A stretch of 63,969 nucleotides of DNA, counting the filler, from Ionaspis alba (lineage: Eukaryota): assembly GCA_964255285.1 (NCBI GenBank). It is 3 parts of 3 records of this genome, joined end to end, with 100 filler letters (N's around TTAATTAATTAA, not from the genome) between each part and the next. Parts side by side here need not be neighbours in the genome. Positions count along the whole stretch, not along the records: positions 1 to 23,890 come from CAXUUL010000178.1; 2 more parts are not named here. The stretch is one strand, 5' to 3'. Every line of letters begins with the position of its first letter. Position 1 is the first letter of the stretch. Positions 1-13,755 of the stretch are shown piece by piece. Both the position numbers and the translations under genes were made by a program. The notes under the pieces are model-generated. The model did not search any database and was not told the origin of the DNA. It worked only from the letters and a program-made list of their open reading frames with translations.

Positions 1-1053
1 GGTAGCGGCAATGTCGCCAAAATCATCTCAAAGAAGGCTGCAGAGACCTTGACACCTGTGACCTTGGAACTCGGCGGAAAGAATCCTGCCATCATCACAA
101 AGCACGCCGACATCAGACTCGCAGCACGGCGACTCCTCTGGGGCAAATTCCACAACGCCGGCCAGGTCTGCATCAGCCAGAACTACACCCTCGTCGACAA
201 AGAAGTCCTCGACGCTTTTCTCCGCGAGCTACAAGTCGCCAGCAAAGAATTCTATCCCGAAGGCGCAAAAGCCTCCCCCGACTTCAGCCGCATCGTGAAC
301 GGTCGGCAATTCGCCCGCATGAAAGCCATGATCGACAACAGCCGCGGCAAGATCGTCATGGGCGGCAACATGGACGAAGCCGACCGCTTCATCGAGCCCA
401 CCGTCGTCCTTTGCGACGATATCAACGATAGCATGATCGCGGAAGAGAGCTTCGGGCCCATTTTCGGCGTCGTGCCGGTCAATGACCTCGACCAGGCTAT
501 TCGATTGGCGAACGAGGTCGATCCTACACCTCTGGGCGCTTATCCCTTCGGCAACAAGCAAGAAACCGATCAAGTTCTCCAGGAACTGCGTTCGGGCGGT
601 GCTTCTGTCAATGATGCTTTCTTCCACGGCAGCATTCCGACCCTTGCTTTCGGTGGTGTCGGCACTTCCGGCCAAGGAGCTTACAGGGGAAAAGCGAGTT
701 TCGACTGCTTTACGCATAGGAGGAGTGTCACTACGACTCCTGGTTGGATGGAGGGCTTGATCGGTATCAGGTATCCGCCGTATGCGGGAAAATTGGAGAA
801 GATGCAGAAGATGCAGAATAAGAAGCCGAATTTCGATCGGGATGGGAAGGTCAAGTTTAATTTGGTGAGGTTTTTGTTGACGTTTGGGGCGGGGAGCACG
901 ACGGGTGCGTTGACAAGGTATGCGTTCATTTTGATCGGTAAGTTCGATCTTCTTTGTGGATGGATAGGGTGGTAGTCGGTTGTGAAGTGAAGCTGACTTC
1001 GTGTAGCGGCGATCGGAATAAGGCAGTATCTTGATCGTAAATCGAAGCTTTGA
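1..1053 (+). CDS. ALDH3-family (fatty aldehyde / apocarotenal dehydrogenase, HFD1/CarD-like), 5'-truncated by window edge
   Basis: TLELGGKNP, catalytic NAGQVCIS, EESFGP, FGGVGTSGQGAYRG and RYPPY motifs. Intron 938-1006 (GTAAGT..GCTGAC..TAG), last exon ends DRKSKL* at TGA 1051-1053. Confidence 0.9.
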
Positions 1054-1240
1054 GGCAGTGTATATTAGTCGGCGTCTTGTGGATATCGAAAGCAGGATCG
1101 GGATGTGGGCCCTTATATTTACATTTAGCTTCGAAAGTGCAAAAAGATCTTCTCCCTTCTATGTTTCACTGCCATGTCCAGATCTTTCAATCATACCTGG
1201 AATGAAGACCTTACACACTCTTTCTCATTCTCAATTTTCC

Positions 1241-2316
1241 TCACGAACCGAATCCGTCCTCCAATATCCCTACTAACTCCCCTAACCCTCTGACGCATAA
1301 TCCTGTCTCCTCTCTTCCGGCCACTTCTCCGTTCTCTTCATTTTGCAGCAAGACCGTCGCAGCACCTGCTCGCCACCCAGCTACCATGTCATCGATGGAG
1401 TCGCCGACCATGATCACGTTTTCTGCGTTGGCCAGTCCCCAGGAAGTGACTATGTGCAAGATCCCAGCCGGATCAGGCTTGGGAGGGTAAAAAGCACGAG
1501 TAATTATAGGGGCAAAGACGTGTGTAGGGAGATTTTTTGTGAGGAGATGAGTGACAGGTGCGCTGAATCAAGGAAACCGAGGTCAATTGAGCAATTTCTA
1601 GCCATTGAGAAGAGTTGAGGATGAAGACGTACTCGAAATTCCGCGTACATATCCCTTTCCTCACGCCCCGACTTTCGAGATAGTCCATCAGAACCTTGAG
1701 ATCTGGTTGCGGGACTTGCGTCGCCATGGCTTCGCGTTCGATGGCGCGGATAGTCGACATGGCTTTTTCTTGGGTGAGGTGCGGGAGAGAGTAGATGTGG
1801 GTTAGGATGTCGGTGGATTTGGAGATCGAGAGAGCTTCCCTGTTCTGAGAATGAGTTGGCGTGACAGGAAAGGAGGAGAGTGAAGTTACCGCATCTGGCG
1901 GAACATGTAGTTTTGTGGCTCGCTGTTGAGGGTAAGTAGGATTAGCAGGGGCTTTTCGATGGGTGGTAGCCAGCATCGTTGGCATACAGGAACACAATGT
2001 ACCAGAACAACAGTGAATGGCCTCGGATGTACGCAGAAGCTTTAAATTGCATTATTCCAAATTGATTCATGACGATGTTGATATCTTGGTAGGAGAAGCT
2101 GGTTTCAGTCATTCGTAGTTGAAAATCTGACATTGGAACAGCGGAGAATTCGAAGTGTCAAGCGTACAAGCAGACAACATGGTGAGAAGATACTGACCAC
2201 AACGTGCCGTCCACATCAAAGATAATGCCTTGTAGCTTCGGAAGATCGGATTTCTCAGCTAATTGGGGATTCAACGGCGCAAATCTGTGGACCCGCTTTA
2301 GTGCGGATTTCTCCAT
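1241..2316 (-). CDS. HAD-superfamily hydrolase (YOR131C-like), multi-exon
   Basis: IIFDVDGTL (motif I), spliced CEPQNYMF, GICTRNF, KPDP, IMVGDSIDDM..G..AG (motif IV); GT-AG introns. Confidence 0.85.
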
Positions 2317-2857
2317 TGAGAAATATCTGTTCCCGTGATTTGTAGGCTTATAGTAACATCGCAAAACAGATAGACTTGAAAAGCAGAGCCTCATTACCTA
2401 CTACCCATTCACCCTGAGGCAGGCTAACAACGGCATCAGTATTTAGGGCAACGCCAAGAGCCGCGTTTGACGCGTGGGCTCCGCGCATATGTTTTCTCGC
2501 CGCAGAACTCAGCTGTTAAGTGGGACCCACAAAACATCTGTTCAGACTTGGTGGTTTACAGTCATCATTTCATTCTTCTAAGGATACTTCTATTCTAAGC
2601 TAACACGTCAAAGCAACGAAGCTCCAGTCCTTCCTGAGGTCGCTCAAGCAATGTAAATGCGTTTTGCGTCACAACAACACTAACGGCAGAACGAGCAAAA
2701 AAGCAAGACGCCATGACGTATGATCGGTGAATGACAGTGAGGCTTACTCCACAAGCCAGAACGAGAAGTGCCAAGCCAGCTTGCGGTCTCCGGAAGTCAA
2801 CAAAGGAAATGACCGCCACCACCAAACCGCGATCTAGCACAATTTCATGGACGAAGT

Positions 2858-4275
2858 CTAATTCTGGGCCGATAATGCCGGTGGCGTCTGATCAGCCCTC
2901 TGGACAGCACCGAAGCGGGTGTTCCCTTGGTCGAAGATCTATCGAGCTTGTCAGCAAGCTCCTACGAGGACGGATATGTGTCGGAAACTCACGGCGTAAA
3001 TACCCTTCAGAAAGGTATCTCCCAGGATATCAAACCCAAGATTTCCACGACTCTGAATCCCTCCATAAAAATTACCGTTCCCGGTATCAGCGAAAGCTAG
3101 ATCCTCTTTGCCAATACTGAATTGCTTGTCACCAACAGCAAAGGTCACGACGGGGAGTTGGTCAGCGGTTACATTGGCGGGGAAGACGTAGCCTTGCTGC
3201 TGAGAATCGTATGTAGCGCCGGGGATGGCATCGTAGATGGCCTTGCACGTAGCATCATCGATCAAAGCCAAAGTAGTGCCGGTGTCAGCAATAGCAGTGT
3301 TTCCGTCCCTAGCAACTGTATTGCCGTTGACTGTAGCAGAGGTGCTGTTGAACATCCAGAAGCCTTGAGATTTATCCACAGGAGTGTAGTAAGGCTCCGT
3401 AACGCCGGCGGCCTCTAGGACGGTTTTGTCGATGTAGCCAAAGGTGTAGAAAGACTCTCCCTTATCAGGGGCGTTGATGTCTTTGAGCGAGCCGAGGTAT
3501 GCGGTGAAGAGTTCTTGGTCGTGGGGAATGTCAGATTGGCTGATCATGTTATCGACAGGGGTGTGGGCGGGACCGGGTTTGACGGTATTGATGCTGCTGA
3601 AGGACAGACCGAGGAGACCATCTCCCACGCCAGAGGCAAACTCCGGGGAAAGCTGATTTGCTAGTTCAATGGTTTGATTTTCGATGACGAGGCCACCGAT
3701 ATTGACGTTGTCGGTACCGACGATGCCAGAAGCAGAGGATCCATCGCCGTAGGAGATCTTCCACTTGGCGTTCTTGGTAAGCTGAAAGCTATCCGACTTT
3801 TTAGAATCGTAGATGTGGTGGCTGTTGCCTGCGGATTTGACGGTTGATGCTGGCAACTCGGTGGAGAAAAGCTACGTACACAATTAACTTATCCTTGACA
3901 TGGGTATGTTCATGGAGATCCTACCCATAGATCTGCCGAGCCAGTATCGAAGTCGACGTTGAAGGTCTGAGCCGGAGTACCGATAGTAATGGGGCACAGA
4001 TACAGACTGTCGTTCTGCTGGTCCTCTGCCGTGACCTCGCCAACTTTACCAGACGCGTCCCTCTTTTGCAAGGAGTATTGCACACGGGACTTGCCACCAA
4101 TCAGTCGTCCGACACCATACTTACCTTGATGATGCACGCCACCTCCCACATGATAGGGACCATCTAGAGTTGGAGCAATGTGGTATTTGCGGAGGAGGTA
4201 GACATAGGACTTTGGACCAGAGTGCTTGTATTTGGGATTGGGGATGAGCTTGATTTTCTGTAGCTTGGAAGCCAT
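2858..4275 (-). CDS. A1 aspartic protease (aspergillopepsin-like) without signal peptide, 3 exons
   Basis: Catalytic FDTGSADLW and [18 protein letters not shown] flap, ILGDTFLK; last exon [12 protein letters not shown] ending at TAG 2860-2858. Confidence 0.92.
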
Positions 4276-5785
4276 GTTTGGGGGTCGAGGTTGAATTGCC
4301 TAGGGCTTGTTTGATTAAATAGGATGAAAGAGTTGAGTAGAGTTGAATGGAAGAGAGCAGTGTAGGGTAAAGTGCAGGATAGAGAGAGCAATGTTGCAGA
4401 GAAAAGAAAAACAGAGATCGAGGGACGAGGACTACTTATCTGTCGAGTGCGAAAGGTGAAGGGGCGTCAGAGGTGGTCAGTCCATGGGTGCACCTTCTAG
4501 GCAGGTGATCACACCGTCCGCCATTGCTTTGTGTGTCTCACACCCAGGATGTCAGGAACTCCCAACGTCATCCCTTTTGTTTGACGGCTAAAACAAGGTA
4601 AAGAGTTTCGAGGACCTTAAGCTCGAAAATGGACTTCGGCCATCAGATAGCGCGTAGTACAGCAATTTGTAAATAGCAAAGGTGAAGTCCTCGGAAAGCC
4701 CAAATAGGACGTATCAGCGTACAATCTATGCCTTCTCCCCTCGAAAAGTACACCCTACGCCAGGGCCCAGCTGGATATGGGTTGGCAAAGCTGCAGCAAG
4801 CATATGGCACGCATGCTCAAAAGCTTGTTCTTTCTGCACACAGACTGCACTTGCTGGCGCTATCGCACGTGTACAAACAGAATAAAACTTGATTGCCCCA
4901 GTCTTGAGCAGCTGCCATTGGTATTGTTTGTTTTTGGCATCACCAGTAGTCACATTCCCATCACACATCACAGGATCCTGCATGGAAGTCCCGGTATTAG
5001 GTACTAAATTCGATGTACCGCTTGCCAGCTCTCAAGGATTGAAGCTTTGCTCCAGGTCATCGTCAAGGTTTTAATGTTTCTGAACGGGCGCTTGCCTGCT
5101 ATCTTGATTGTGGCTTACAGGAAGACATGGTGGTGTCGTGGATCATCCGTGCTTAGCTGTCTACTTCCTTGTTCAGCCTAGTGTCCCAGCCAGCAGCGAC
5201 TGCTCTTTGTGCTCTGCCTTTCCAACGTGCCTTCTCGAGGAACAGGTTTGGGGTGTACGCTGCCAGATGAACAAGAAAATGTGTTCTGCCTCAAGTCGCG
5301 CAAACAACAAGTCTTTGTTTGGTGTTCGACGTCCTGAGAGGTCAGAGCATGACGTCATGGGACATCGCGTTAAACTGTTTGCTCACAGTACGCTGCCACA
5401 ATGTGCCTAAAGGCAGCTATCGAAAGTGGTGGAAAATGGTCGTTGTCCGACGTGACCCTTTACAGGAAGAATCACACGATATAATGTTTGTGGCTTGCAA
5501 TCCGAGGAACTGTTATACAGTTCAATGTAGCTGTCATGCTCAGTGCTGAGTTGTCAGCTCTTATGGCTCTGACCAAGGCTCTAAATCATGACACGCATTT
5601 GGTTGCTATCAGTCAAGTAGGGAAGTCCCCATGAGCTTGCACCCAATTCAAGAACCTATGCTGAGGCATCAACTGCCGAGGGGTATCTAAGTAAAGAAGA
5701 GCTGACGACCGAAATAAATAACCTCGCTGTCTCTAACGCAGAACCAATAGCCTGATACTAGTAAGTCACAAACGCCACATACTAT

Positions 5786-8700
5786 TTACCATCCCTCCCT
5801 TGTGTTATCTGTGGCCAAACGTCGGTTTGGGTGAGCGTGCGCAGCTGCTCCGGAACTCCCCTGCCCGACATGAAAAGCATGGAAATTCTGGCCATTAGAA
5901 TGTGAATATCTAGGCAAATGGTAAGCTTCGGCACCGCTGCTGAAAGCTTCACTACGAGGCGGCTGCCCGTAACTGCCATCACTTGCCATCGGCTGCACAG
6001 AATTAAAATGAGCAGCGGCAAGCAATGCAGCCTCCGCGGCTTTCTTTTTCTTTCTGGAAACCAAATCTCCCTTGACACCTGATAGATACTGTCGAGCTCG
6101 ATCAACAATAACTTTAGGCTCAGGGCTCTCTTTCAATTCCCGTAACAGTAGACTGACTTGAGTCTCGCTGTTCATGTGAGGACATGCTCGTCCAATACCG
6201 TAATGAGCTAGACCACAAAGATTGCAGAGCTCGACTCCAGCCAATTTAAGCGGACAGTAACCCACAACGTGACTGCCGTAGACGTCGTTGCACGCAATAC
6301 AAGGAAGGTGGCCAGCAGACGCACCAGTAGGGTGGTTTGATTGTGAGGTTGGAGGTATTGTCGTTCGCCGATAACTGCCAGCTAAAGCTATGTCAATCGA
6401 GAATGATGAGCGGGGTGTCTGGCTTCTCAGCATGCGAGTCGTGCTTACTCTTTACCGTAGGAGATCCTTGAGAAACGATAGAGCTTCTTGGCGGGCGTGC
6501 TTCAGGTGATTGAAGTTCTTCAGCCGTGATAGCTTTTGCGTCTTCGAGTGCACTCTCATCTCCATCACTATCGCCATGAGTTTGGAAATCGGTATCTTCG
6601 CTGTCCGAATGCTGTGGCGTTCTAATAGGCGAGCCAATGTCCGCAGCATTCGCTGTTTGTTTCGTGTAATCGATAGTCTGCTACTGTCAGTGAGACACTC
6701 AATCTTCTATATTGCACCACTTACTCGACGCTGTCGTTTGCCTCTACCAAGCACCTCTGAAGTTCTATAGCCTTCCAGTGCAGCTTGACGCGCACGTTCC
6801 TGCAAAATCTTATCCCAGACCGTTCCGTCTGGGGTATGCCGATCATCATCTGAAGAAACACCTAGATTGTCTTCCATTGTGCCTTTATTGTTGGCCCAGA
6901 CACGTGCAAAACTGAATTGCGACTCGGCGGAATTATCTTTGCCCGTCTTGGTATCTTCGATTTGACTCCGATCAAGCAGCTTATCGACAGAAGCAGAATC
7001 GTAGTGAATATCAGAGGTACTATCGTCTTTGAATAGTGCTTCCGCACCAAACCGAAGGACCGATTCCAAATCGTTGATATCTGTATCATCGGCGTCCATT
7101 TGTTCGATGAGAACGTGGTCTAGAGCCATTTTCTTTTTGCCAATCTGCATGATCTTCTCTTCGGCCGTTCCTCGGGTCATCAACTGGAAAATGAGGACCT
7201 TCTTCTTTTGACCAATTCTATGGGCCCGAGATATTGCCTGAATGTCTTGGTGAGGATTGAAATCGGGATCGAGAATAATAACGGTGTCGGCTGTTGCAAG
7301 ATTGATACCCACCCCTCCTGCTCTTGTTGAAAGCAGCAGTGCGAAAATAGGGGAGTTGGAAGCATTGAATTCGTCGATGCGCTTTTGTTTCTCGAGACTA
7401 CCCATAGTGCCGTCGAGGCGTTGATGTTGTAAAGCAAGACCATCAAGGAAATCCTCGATGATGGTAATCATGTCGAGGAATTGACTGAAGATCAATACTC
7501 GATGACCGCGTTCTTTTAACTTCGGCAACATTATTTCTAGAAGTTGTAATTTCGAAGACGCTTCGACAAGGCGACGGTGCGAGACTGCAGCATTGGTAGA
7601 TCTTTCTTCGATTGCTATGCTATACACGAAAGGATGACAGAGACATTTGCGGAGCTGCATTAGTAGATTTCTCAAACCCTTCACAGAAGTCCCTCGATCA
7701 CCTCCAAAAATACTCCTAAGCAAGTCGGGATTTTTTGCGAGTATCGATTTGTATAATTGTTTTTGTAACGCGCTAGGTGTGACCGGAACAATGACTTGAG
7801 CCATTGGAGGAAGGAAGGTCAGAACCTGAGCTTTAGTACGTCGAAGAAAGAATGGTCGGAGAAGTTCATGTAACTCTGGTACATTATCTTTTGTCAATGT
7901 CGCGTATTTCTCTTCAAGAACATGAGCATCGAGCGTAGTGTCCAAAAATTGTAGCAGATTGAAGAGCTCCCGCTGGTTGTTTTGAAGTGGTGTCCCCGTG
8001 AGTAGAATCTTGAATGGAGCTTTCAAGGATGTCAGAGCGTTATACAATATGTTCTTGTCGTTCTTCAGCCGTTGTCCTTCGTCAACAATGAGAGCCTGCC
8101 ATGGGATACGTCTGAAGACTGTTTGAACATTCACGTCCTGTGCAGCGTCATATGAAGTGACCACGACGTGACAGGCTAAGGTTCTGGTCTTGTCTGGGAA
8201 CAGTTCGTATCTGTGGGCCAATCTGCGTGCTTCAGATGATCCAAAATACGTCACGACCCTTAACGACGGAGCCCATTGTTTGATTTCCCTCCTCCAATTC
8301 GCACATGTTGAGTTGGGCACGACGATCAAGAAAGGCCAGCAGCCGTGAATGGCTTGCAGAGTGGCCAAAAAGCCGATGATCTGGATCGTCTTGCCAAGAC
8401 CCATCTCGTCTGCTAATATAGCATTCTGGTTCCGATGCCACTGGAACAGAAGCCAATTCAATCCTTCCATTTGATAATCCATGAGTTTGCCACCGGTGAG
8501 AGATTCTGGTTGTTCCTTCATCATGACTTTGGTGTCAAATTTGTGCGACCGGATTTTGGCCAAACGCGTTCTCAGGGAGTGAGTCACTGGCAGTTGAACA
8601 TAGTGACCGTGTATCCAGTCTTCGTAGGCGGTTTGGAAATCCATCCACCGCTCGTGGTCTTCTTGAGGTGGAGGCTCTTCCCAAACAACATCTTCATAGC

Positions 8701-10944
8701 CAAGGCCCTTAAACTTCACACGAGCTCGAGCAACTTCTTTGACACGAGCTAAGTCAATTTCCTCGTTGTGAATACTAACCACGTTGGTGTAGACGACTTC
8801 GAAGACTATGTCAACCCTAAGGTATTCCTCAGGAATGGCGTCTTCAGTTTGAAACTTCGGCAAGTTCACGCCATTATTTTGTCGAGCAAAAGCATTTCTC
8901 ATAGATCGTTGTGTTACTCCCCAGACCCAAGCACCTCGTTTCCAGGTTGTTCTATAGTAGGACATGTTCTTCCATTTGATCAAGTACTCTTTCTCGTCCT
9001 CGTCAATCTGGTCGACGGTTTGGCCAGAGACGTAGGATTCGATGTCGATCGGCCGCCAAGCAACCAAATGCTCTATCGCCCCAATCGCTGTCACACAGTC
9101 GTTGCAAATCCAGTCTTTGCAATATTCACCAAATCTCTCTTCTGCAGTCTCCGCCTCGTCAGTATGCGCTAAAAAGCCCTTATCGTTCCTAGGAGGCAAA
9201 TGGTGCATGTGGAAGGCTTGATAACATTCCGTGCATCGGAACATAACATTCGCAGGATTATTTACAAGAATAGGGGCTACCGGAGTGATTGGATCTTCGC
9301 CAGCGTTGTCTTCGCGTTCTTTCTGCTCTTCTCTGGCGGTTTTCCGACCCCGGAAAGGAACAGCAGATAACCCCGGTTTGCGGCACGCTTGGCAGTTACC
9401 TTGAACAGGTGCTGTGACCTCTTTCTTCCTTGCAGACCCAATACATCGACGACATTGCAATACAAAATCTTGATGTCCAATCTTCGTAACAAGGTGTTCT
9501 CGACCGTTCCGTGGACCGAGGCACGTTTGGTGATAGGCGCTCGTGCAGCCCTGACAGAAGATCAGTTGACCTTTTTCAATACTGTCTCCATGCACACTGC
9601 ATGTATCACAAGTTAGGCAATGTCGCAGCCGGAAGGCGTCACTCCTCGGAATTGATTTGAAGGTTTCTTTTGCACCAACGGCTTTCGACACACCTCTGCT
9701 GGAGGTACGAATCGTAGTTTCTCGGATATCGTCTTCGCCGATCTCGCGCATGCTATTTATATTTTTCCTGGACCGTTCGGACTTGCGAGTTGCTGTAGAA
9801 CCCTCGAACATACCACGTTTACGCTTACCAGGACCTGTTCGATATTCATCGCTATCAGAGGCGGTGGATTCTTCCGAGGGTATCTCGCTGTAAGACACAC
9901 GTCCGTTGGCTGTAGACCTTGTTGTGCGAGTGCTCATTTTCTTTCTAGTATTTCTAGGCTGCTCTGAATCATCACTGTCAGACTTTTCGGATGGAGAACT
10001 TGGGCTCGCTGAAGTATCTGCGTAACGTGTAGATTGGCGCGTTTCGTGAATCGTCGAAGTTCTCAGAAGAGCGCGTTTACGAGCAGGACGGCTTGTGATC
10101 GGTCGTGGATCGTTCAGTTCATCGTCATCGTCCGAGAGGTCGAGCGCCAACGTGTCCACAAAGCCCAATGTTCTCTGTCGTTTCGAACGACGCGCTCCTT
10201 TGGAGACCATGGTAATGTCTGAGTCTACAGATTCTGATGCTTTCGATCTGCTGGACGATCGAGAGTTGAACTGATCCAAAGCTGTAGAGCCTCCAGGAAT
10301 TTCGAGTAAATCTTCGAACGAAATCTAGTAAAAATAGAAATCAGTATAGTGGAATGAAGGAGAAGTAGAGGCGTGACACCTTAGCAAACACCTTATCTAG
10401 GCGTTGTGGAAGCCTTTGTATATCTTGTAGAGGGGACAGTTCAGGGTCGACTCACTATTGACTTATTGCCGTCTCTGGATAGCACCTTGTAACTGAGATC
10501 ACCGAGTCTACTCGATTCCCTAATGACGCGACTCACTCGAGGATCACAATCGTCGGTCTTGTACTTCCATCGATCTGAGACGGGAGGTACTCTGATTTCA
10601 ATTCTCGAATGATCGAAGGAATCAGTGATATTGGAAGGTTCTTTCTCTGATTGCTTCGAATGTGCACGACTTCTGTCGTCTGAGTTGTTCAGAGACGGAG
10701 AAAATTCTGAAGAACCAACGTTGTCTGGAACGTCGCTGTTATTTTCATCTAGAGCCATTTCACTCCGCAGCGTCTTTGCAAAAGGCTCTTTATCGCTGTC
10801 CTCCCGTCCTTCCTGGCTTACTCCTCGATTAGAATTACCAGTTGATTCCTTTAGAGCATCCCCATTGTCCTGCTGCATATCTCTTTCGTAGTTTTTTGTC
10901 CGTGTCTCCAACATTTTCATGCCATTTCCTTCCGTCGAGGCCAT
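5786..10944 (-). CDS. mit1: CHD/Mi-2-type chromatin remodeler, Mit1-like (PHD, chromo-like, SNF2 ATPase, C-terminal Zn finger)
   Basis: ILADEMGLGKTIQ, LIVDEGQRLKN, LLTGTPLQNN, LLSTRAGGVGINL, QAISRAHRIGQ; Cys-rich PHD-like fingers; C-terminal CIAC..H..CPLK..CNLCGLAH..CPH. Confidence 0.88.
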
Positions 10945-11367
10945 ACTCCGTCTAGTCACCGACACTTGATGGCAAGATCTCGGAAAAAGCGGTCTTCTGT
11001 TGAGGAAAGGCTGGAAGTCTAAAGGCATCAACGTGAAAGCGAGAGAGCGATAGCTTCCTCAATTTGCGAATCTTGTATTCTGTCATTGGGAGCATGAACG
11101 CACAGCAACAAGAAAGCGTGACCGGATTATTAGGTTGAATGTAAGTTGACTAACCCGATCATTGTGTTCAAAGCAAATGAAGCCATTTGGACGCGTACAC
11201 TTAGTGCTTCACGCGCGAAACGTGGTCTTGTAAATGCCGGAAATAAAAGATCTAAGCTCCGTGATGTTAATCCCTGCCAGCCAGAACTTTTTTTTAAGCT
11301 TATTCCGGCATCGAGGGTTATTGTCCAAAATGACTTGCTCCAATAAAACTCGGTTCTATTATTTGTG

Positions 11368-13319
11368 ATGCTGAAAGCCGGAGGGTACTTTGCGCAAGCT
11401 GTTCAGTCTTCTAGCAGATTTGGCACATTTTTTTCCCGCAATTTCTATCGGAATGTCACGACCAACAGCGCAATCCACAGAGGCATTAGAAGGTCCAGAG
11501 AGGGAACGATCAAGAATCGAGATGCGGCTTCGAGGGACAAGATAGGAACAAGAGATGCAGGCACGACTATGGGTAGAAGACCTACGTTCCTAGAAGACAG
11601 ATTCGCCCGAGATCAGTCAGTGGGTGGAAACCGTGGGCGAACAGGAGGAACAGGACGATCGAGGAGCTTGGAGTTTTCGTCCAAGCACGACGACAGAGCT
11701 AGAGATAGCTTTTCGGGCCCAGGACGAGATCGTACGCGCCCAGAGAAACAGCGGTACTCGCCGAGAACCTCAGAGTATACAGCGGCTTCGTCCGCCAGTA
11801 CTTCAGAGCGCTACAGTAGCAACTTTTCCGTGCAGAATGACTCTTTGGACCAGCGCCGCGAGCGTGCAGGTCGGTATGCAAGTATCGAGCAGCCTTTGCA
11901 GAGGACTTATGCTTCTGGTAGAAACGCTTTTGACGGTCGTTCTAGTCCTAACAGACATCGGCGAGGCTCAAGCGACGAATTGAGCGTCGTCGAAAAACGG
12001 GATTACGGATCACATCGTTTCAACGAATCACCTACTCATGGTCGATTTGATTCTAAGGATAGAGGCAACGACAGGCAGTTTTGGCATCGCGAGACTGCTA
12101 ATTTGGCACGAGACTGTATTGCACCCAAATCGGGCATTGACCAAACACGGTTCGCAGAGACGGACAGACCCCAAAGAGAGATCAAATCTCCCTTGACAAT
12201 TCCATATACGACTCCCGCATCCGAATTTTTGTACGGTACTTCTGTCGTCATTGCCGCCCTTAAGTCGAGTCACCGAAAGCTCTACAAACTCTACATGTAC
12301 AATGGAGAGCATCGAGAAGTGGCGAACCAAGACAACACTGTACGGAAACTGGCTTTGGCTGCAGGTGTCGAGATCTTCCAGGTTGACAGAGACTGGGTAA
12401 GGCTGATGGATAAGATGAGTGCAGGACGGCCGCACAATGTAAGTTATTCTCTTTATACTTCCCTTCTTTTGAAGTCGCTGATGCAAATCAGGGTTACATT
12501 CTTGAAGCATCTCCGTTGCCAAAACTGCCCATAACGGGCCTACTGCCAGTTGAAGGAAAGCAGAAGCCCCTAAATGCTTCTTTAGATCATCAGAGCCGCG
12601 AAGACGAAGCTGTCAATGGTGCAGATCCATCGATCAAGTACAATCCTACTTTTCCGAGATATCCTTTTCTTCTCATGCTTGATGGAATTGTAAGTACTGC
12701 TTGCACTTTTTTTGATGCAGCTTCTACACTGAGTGGAAACATGCTCATCTCAGTTCAGCTCGATCCTGGCAATCTTGGTGGTATCCTGAGAAGTGCCTAC
12801 TTCCTAGGGGTAGATGCTGTGGCCATTTCCAATCGAAATAGCGCTCCATTGAGTCCAGTAGCCCTCAAAGCATCCGCGGGTGCTTCGGAAAGCCTGCCAC
12901 TTCTTTTCGTTGGTCATCCTGCCGCCTTTGTGGAGGCATGTCAGAAAAATGGTTGGAAGTTCTATGCAGCGGTAGCGCCTCCAGATCGGAAGAGCTCCGT
13001 CTCAGCATCTTCTCGCGTCACCAGTCACCTCTCTACCTCAGACATCGAGCTTCCAGACAGAGACCATCCTACAGTCCTGATGCTTGGTGGAGAAGGGGAG
13101 GGGCTGAGATGGAATCTGGAAAAGAAAGCTGACTTCACTGTCAGTATTGAGGGTCGCAGGAAGGGGGAGGGCGGTGTTGATAGCTTGAATGTCAGCGTTG
13201 CGGCGGGCCTCTTGTGTGAGGCATTTTTGCGCAAGCCGACAGTTATGCAAGAAACCCAGCCTAGGAGTTCGATAGTTGAGGAGACCACATCAGTGGTAAC
13301 GGGAAAGGATCTATTCTAG
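11368..13319 (+). CDS. MRM1: Mitochondrial rRNA 2'-O-methyltransferase (SpoU/TrmH family), 2 introns
   Basis: IPYTTPASEFLYG, GRPHN, LDPGNLGGILRSAYFLGVD, LGGEGEGLR, VDSLNVSVAAG SPOUT motifs. Confidence 0.88.
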
Positions 13320-13755
13320 GCTGATTCTTCAGCCATGACATCGATTGCAACTAGTCAAAGTCTTAAGGACCTTGTAATTATTTTGAACACGCATGCTTTC
13401 AAGACCTGAAGACCGAACTAGTTTGTCCCTGGTCAGTCCTGCAGGCGTTCTTGTAAAGACTGATCCAACTGGCTCGAATAGGAAGCATGGTGATGTTGTA
13501 GCTTACACCTGCTTCAATGTTGTAGGGCAGGGCCCCTCCATTTGCATTTTCAGAGTCTAAATTCCGAAAGTTTGATGGCATGACTCTGCTCTATCTTGAG
13601 GATAATGTAAGTTCGAGAAGGGCGTTTCCAAGCTTTTAGGGCTTGTCAAAGTTTCTGAAGAATCCATTGCCTACTTTGACTACTACCTCTTTCAGAGCTC
13701 CCCTTGACCGATTCGATCTTGAATCGAGATTGATACATCTAAAGTTCAATTCACC

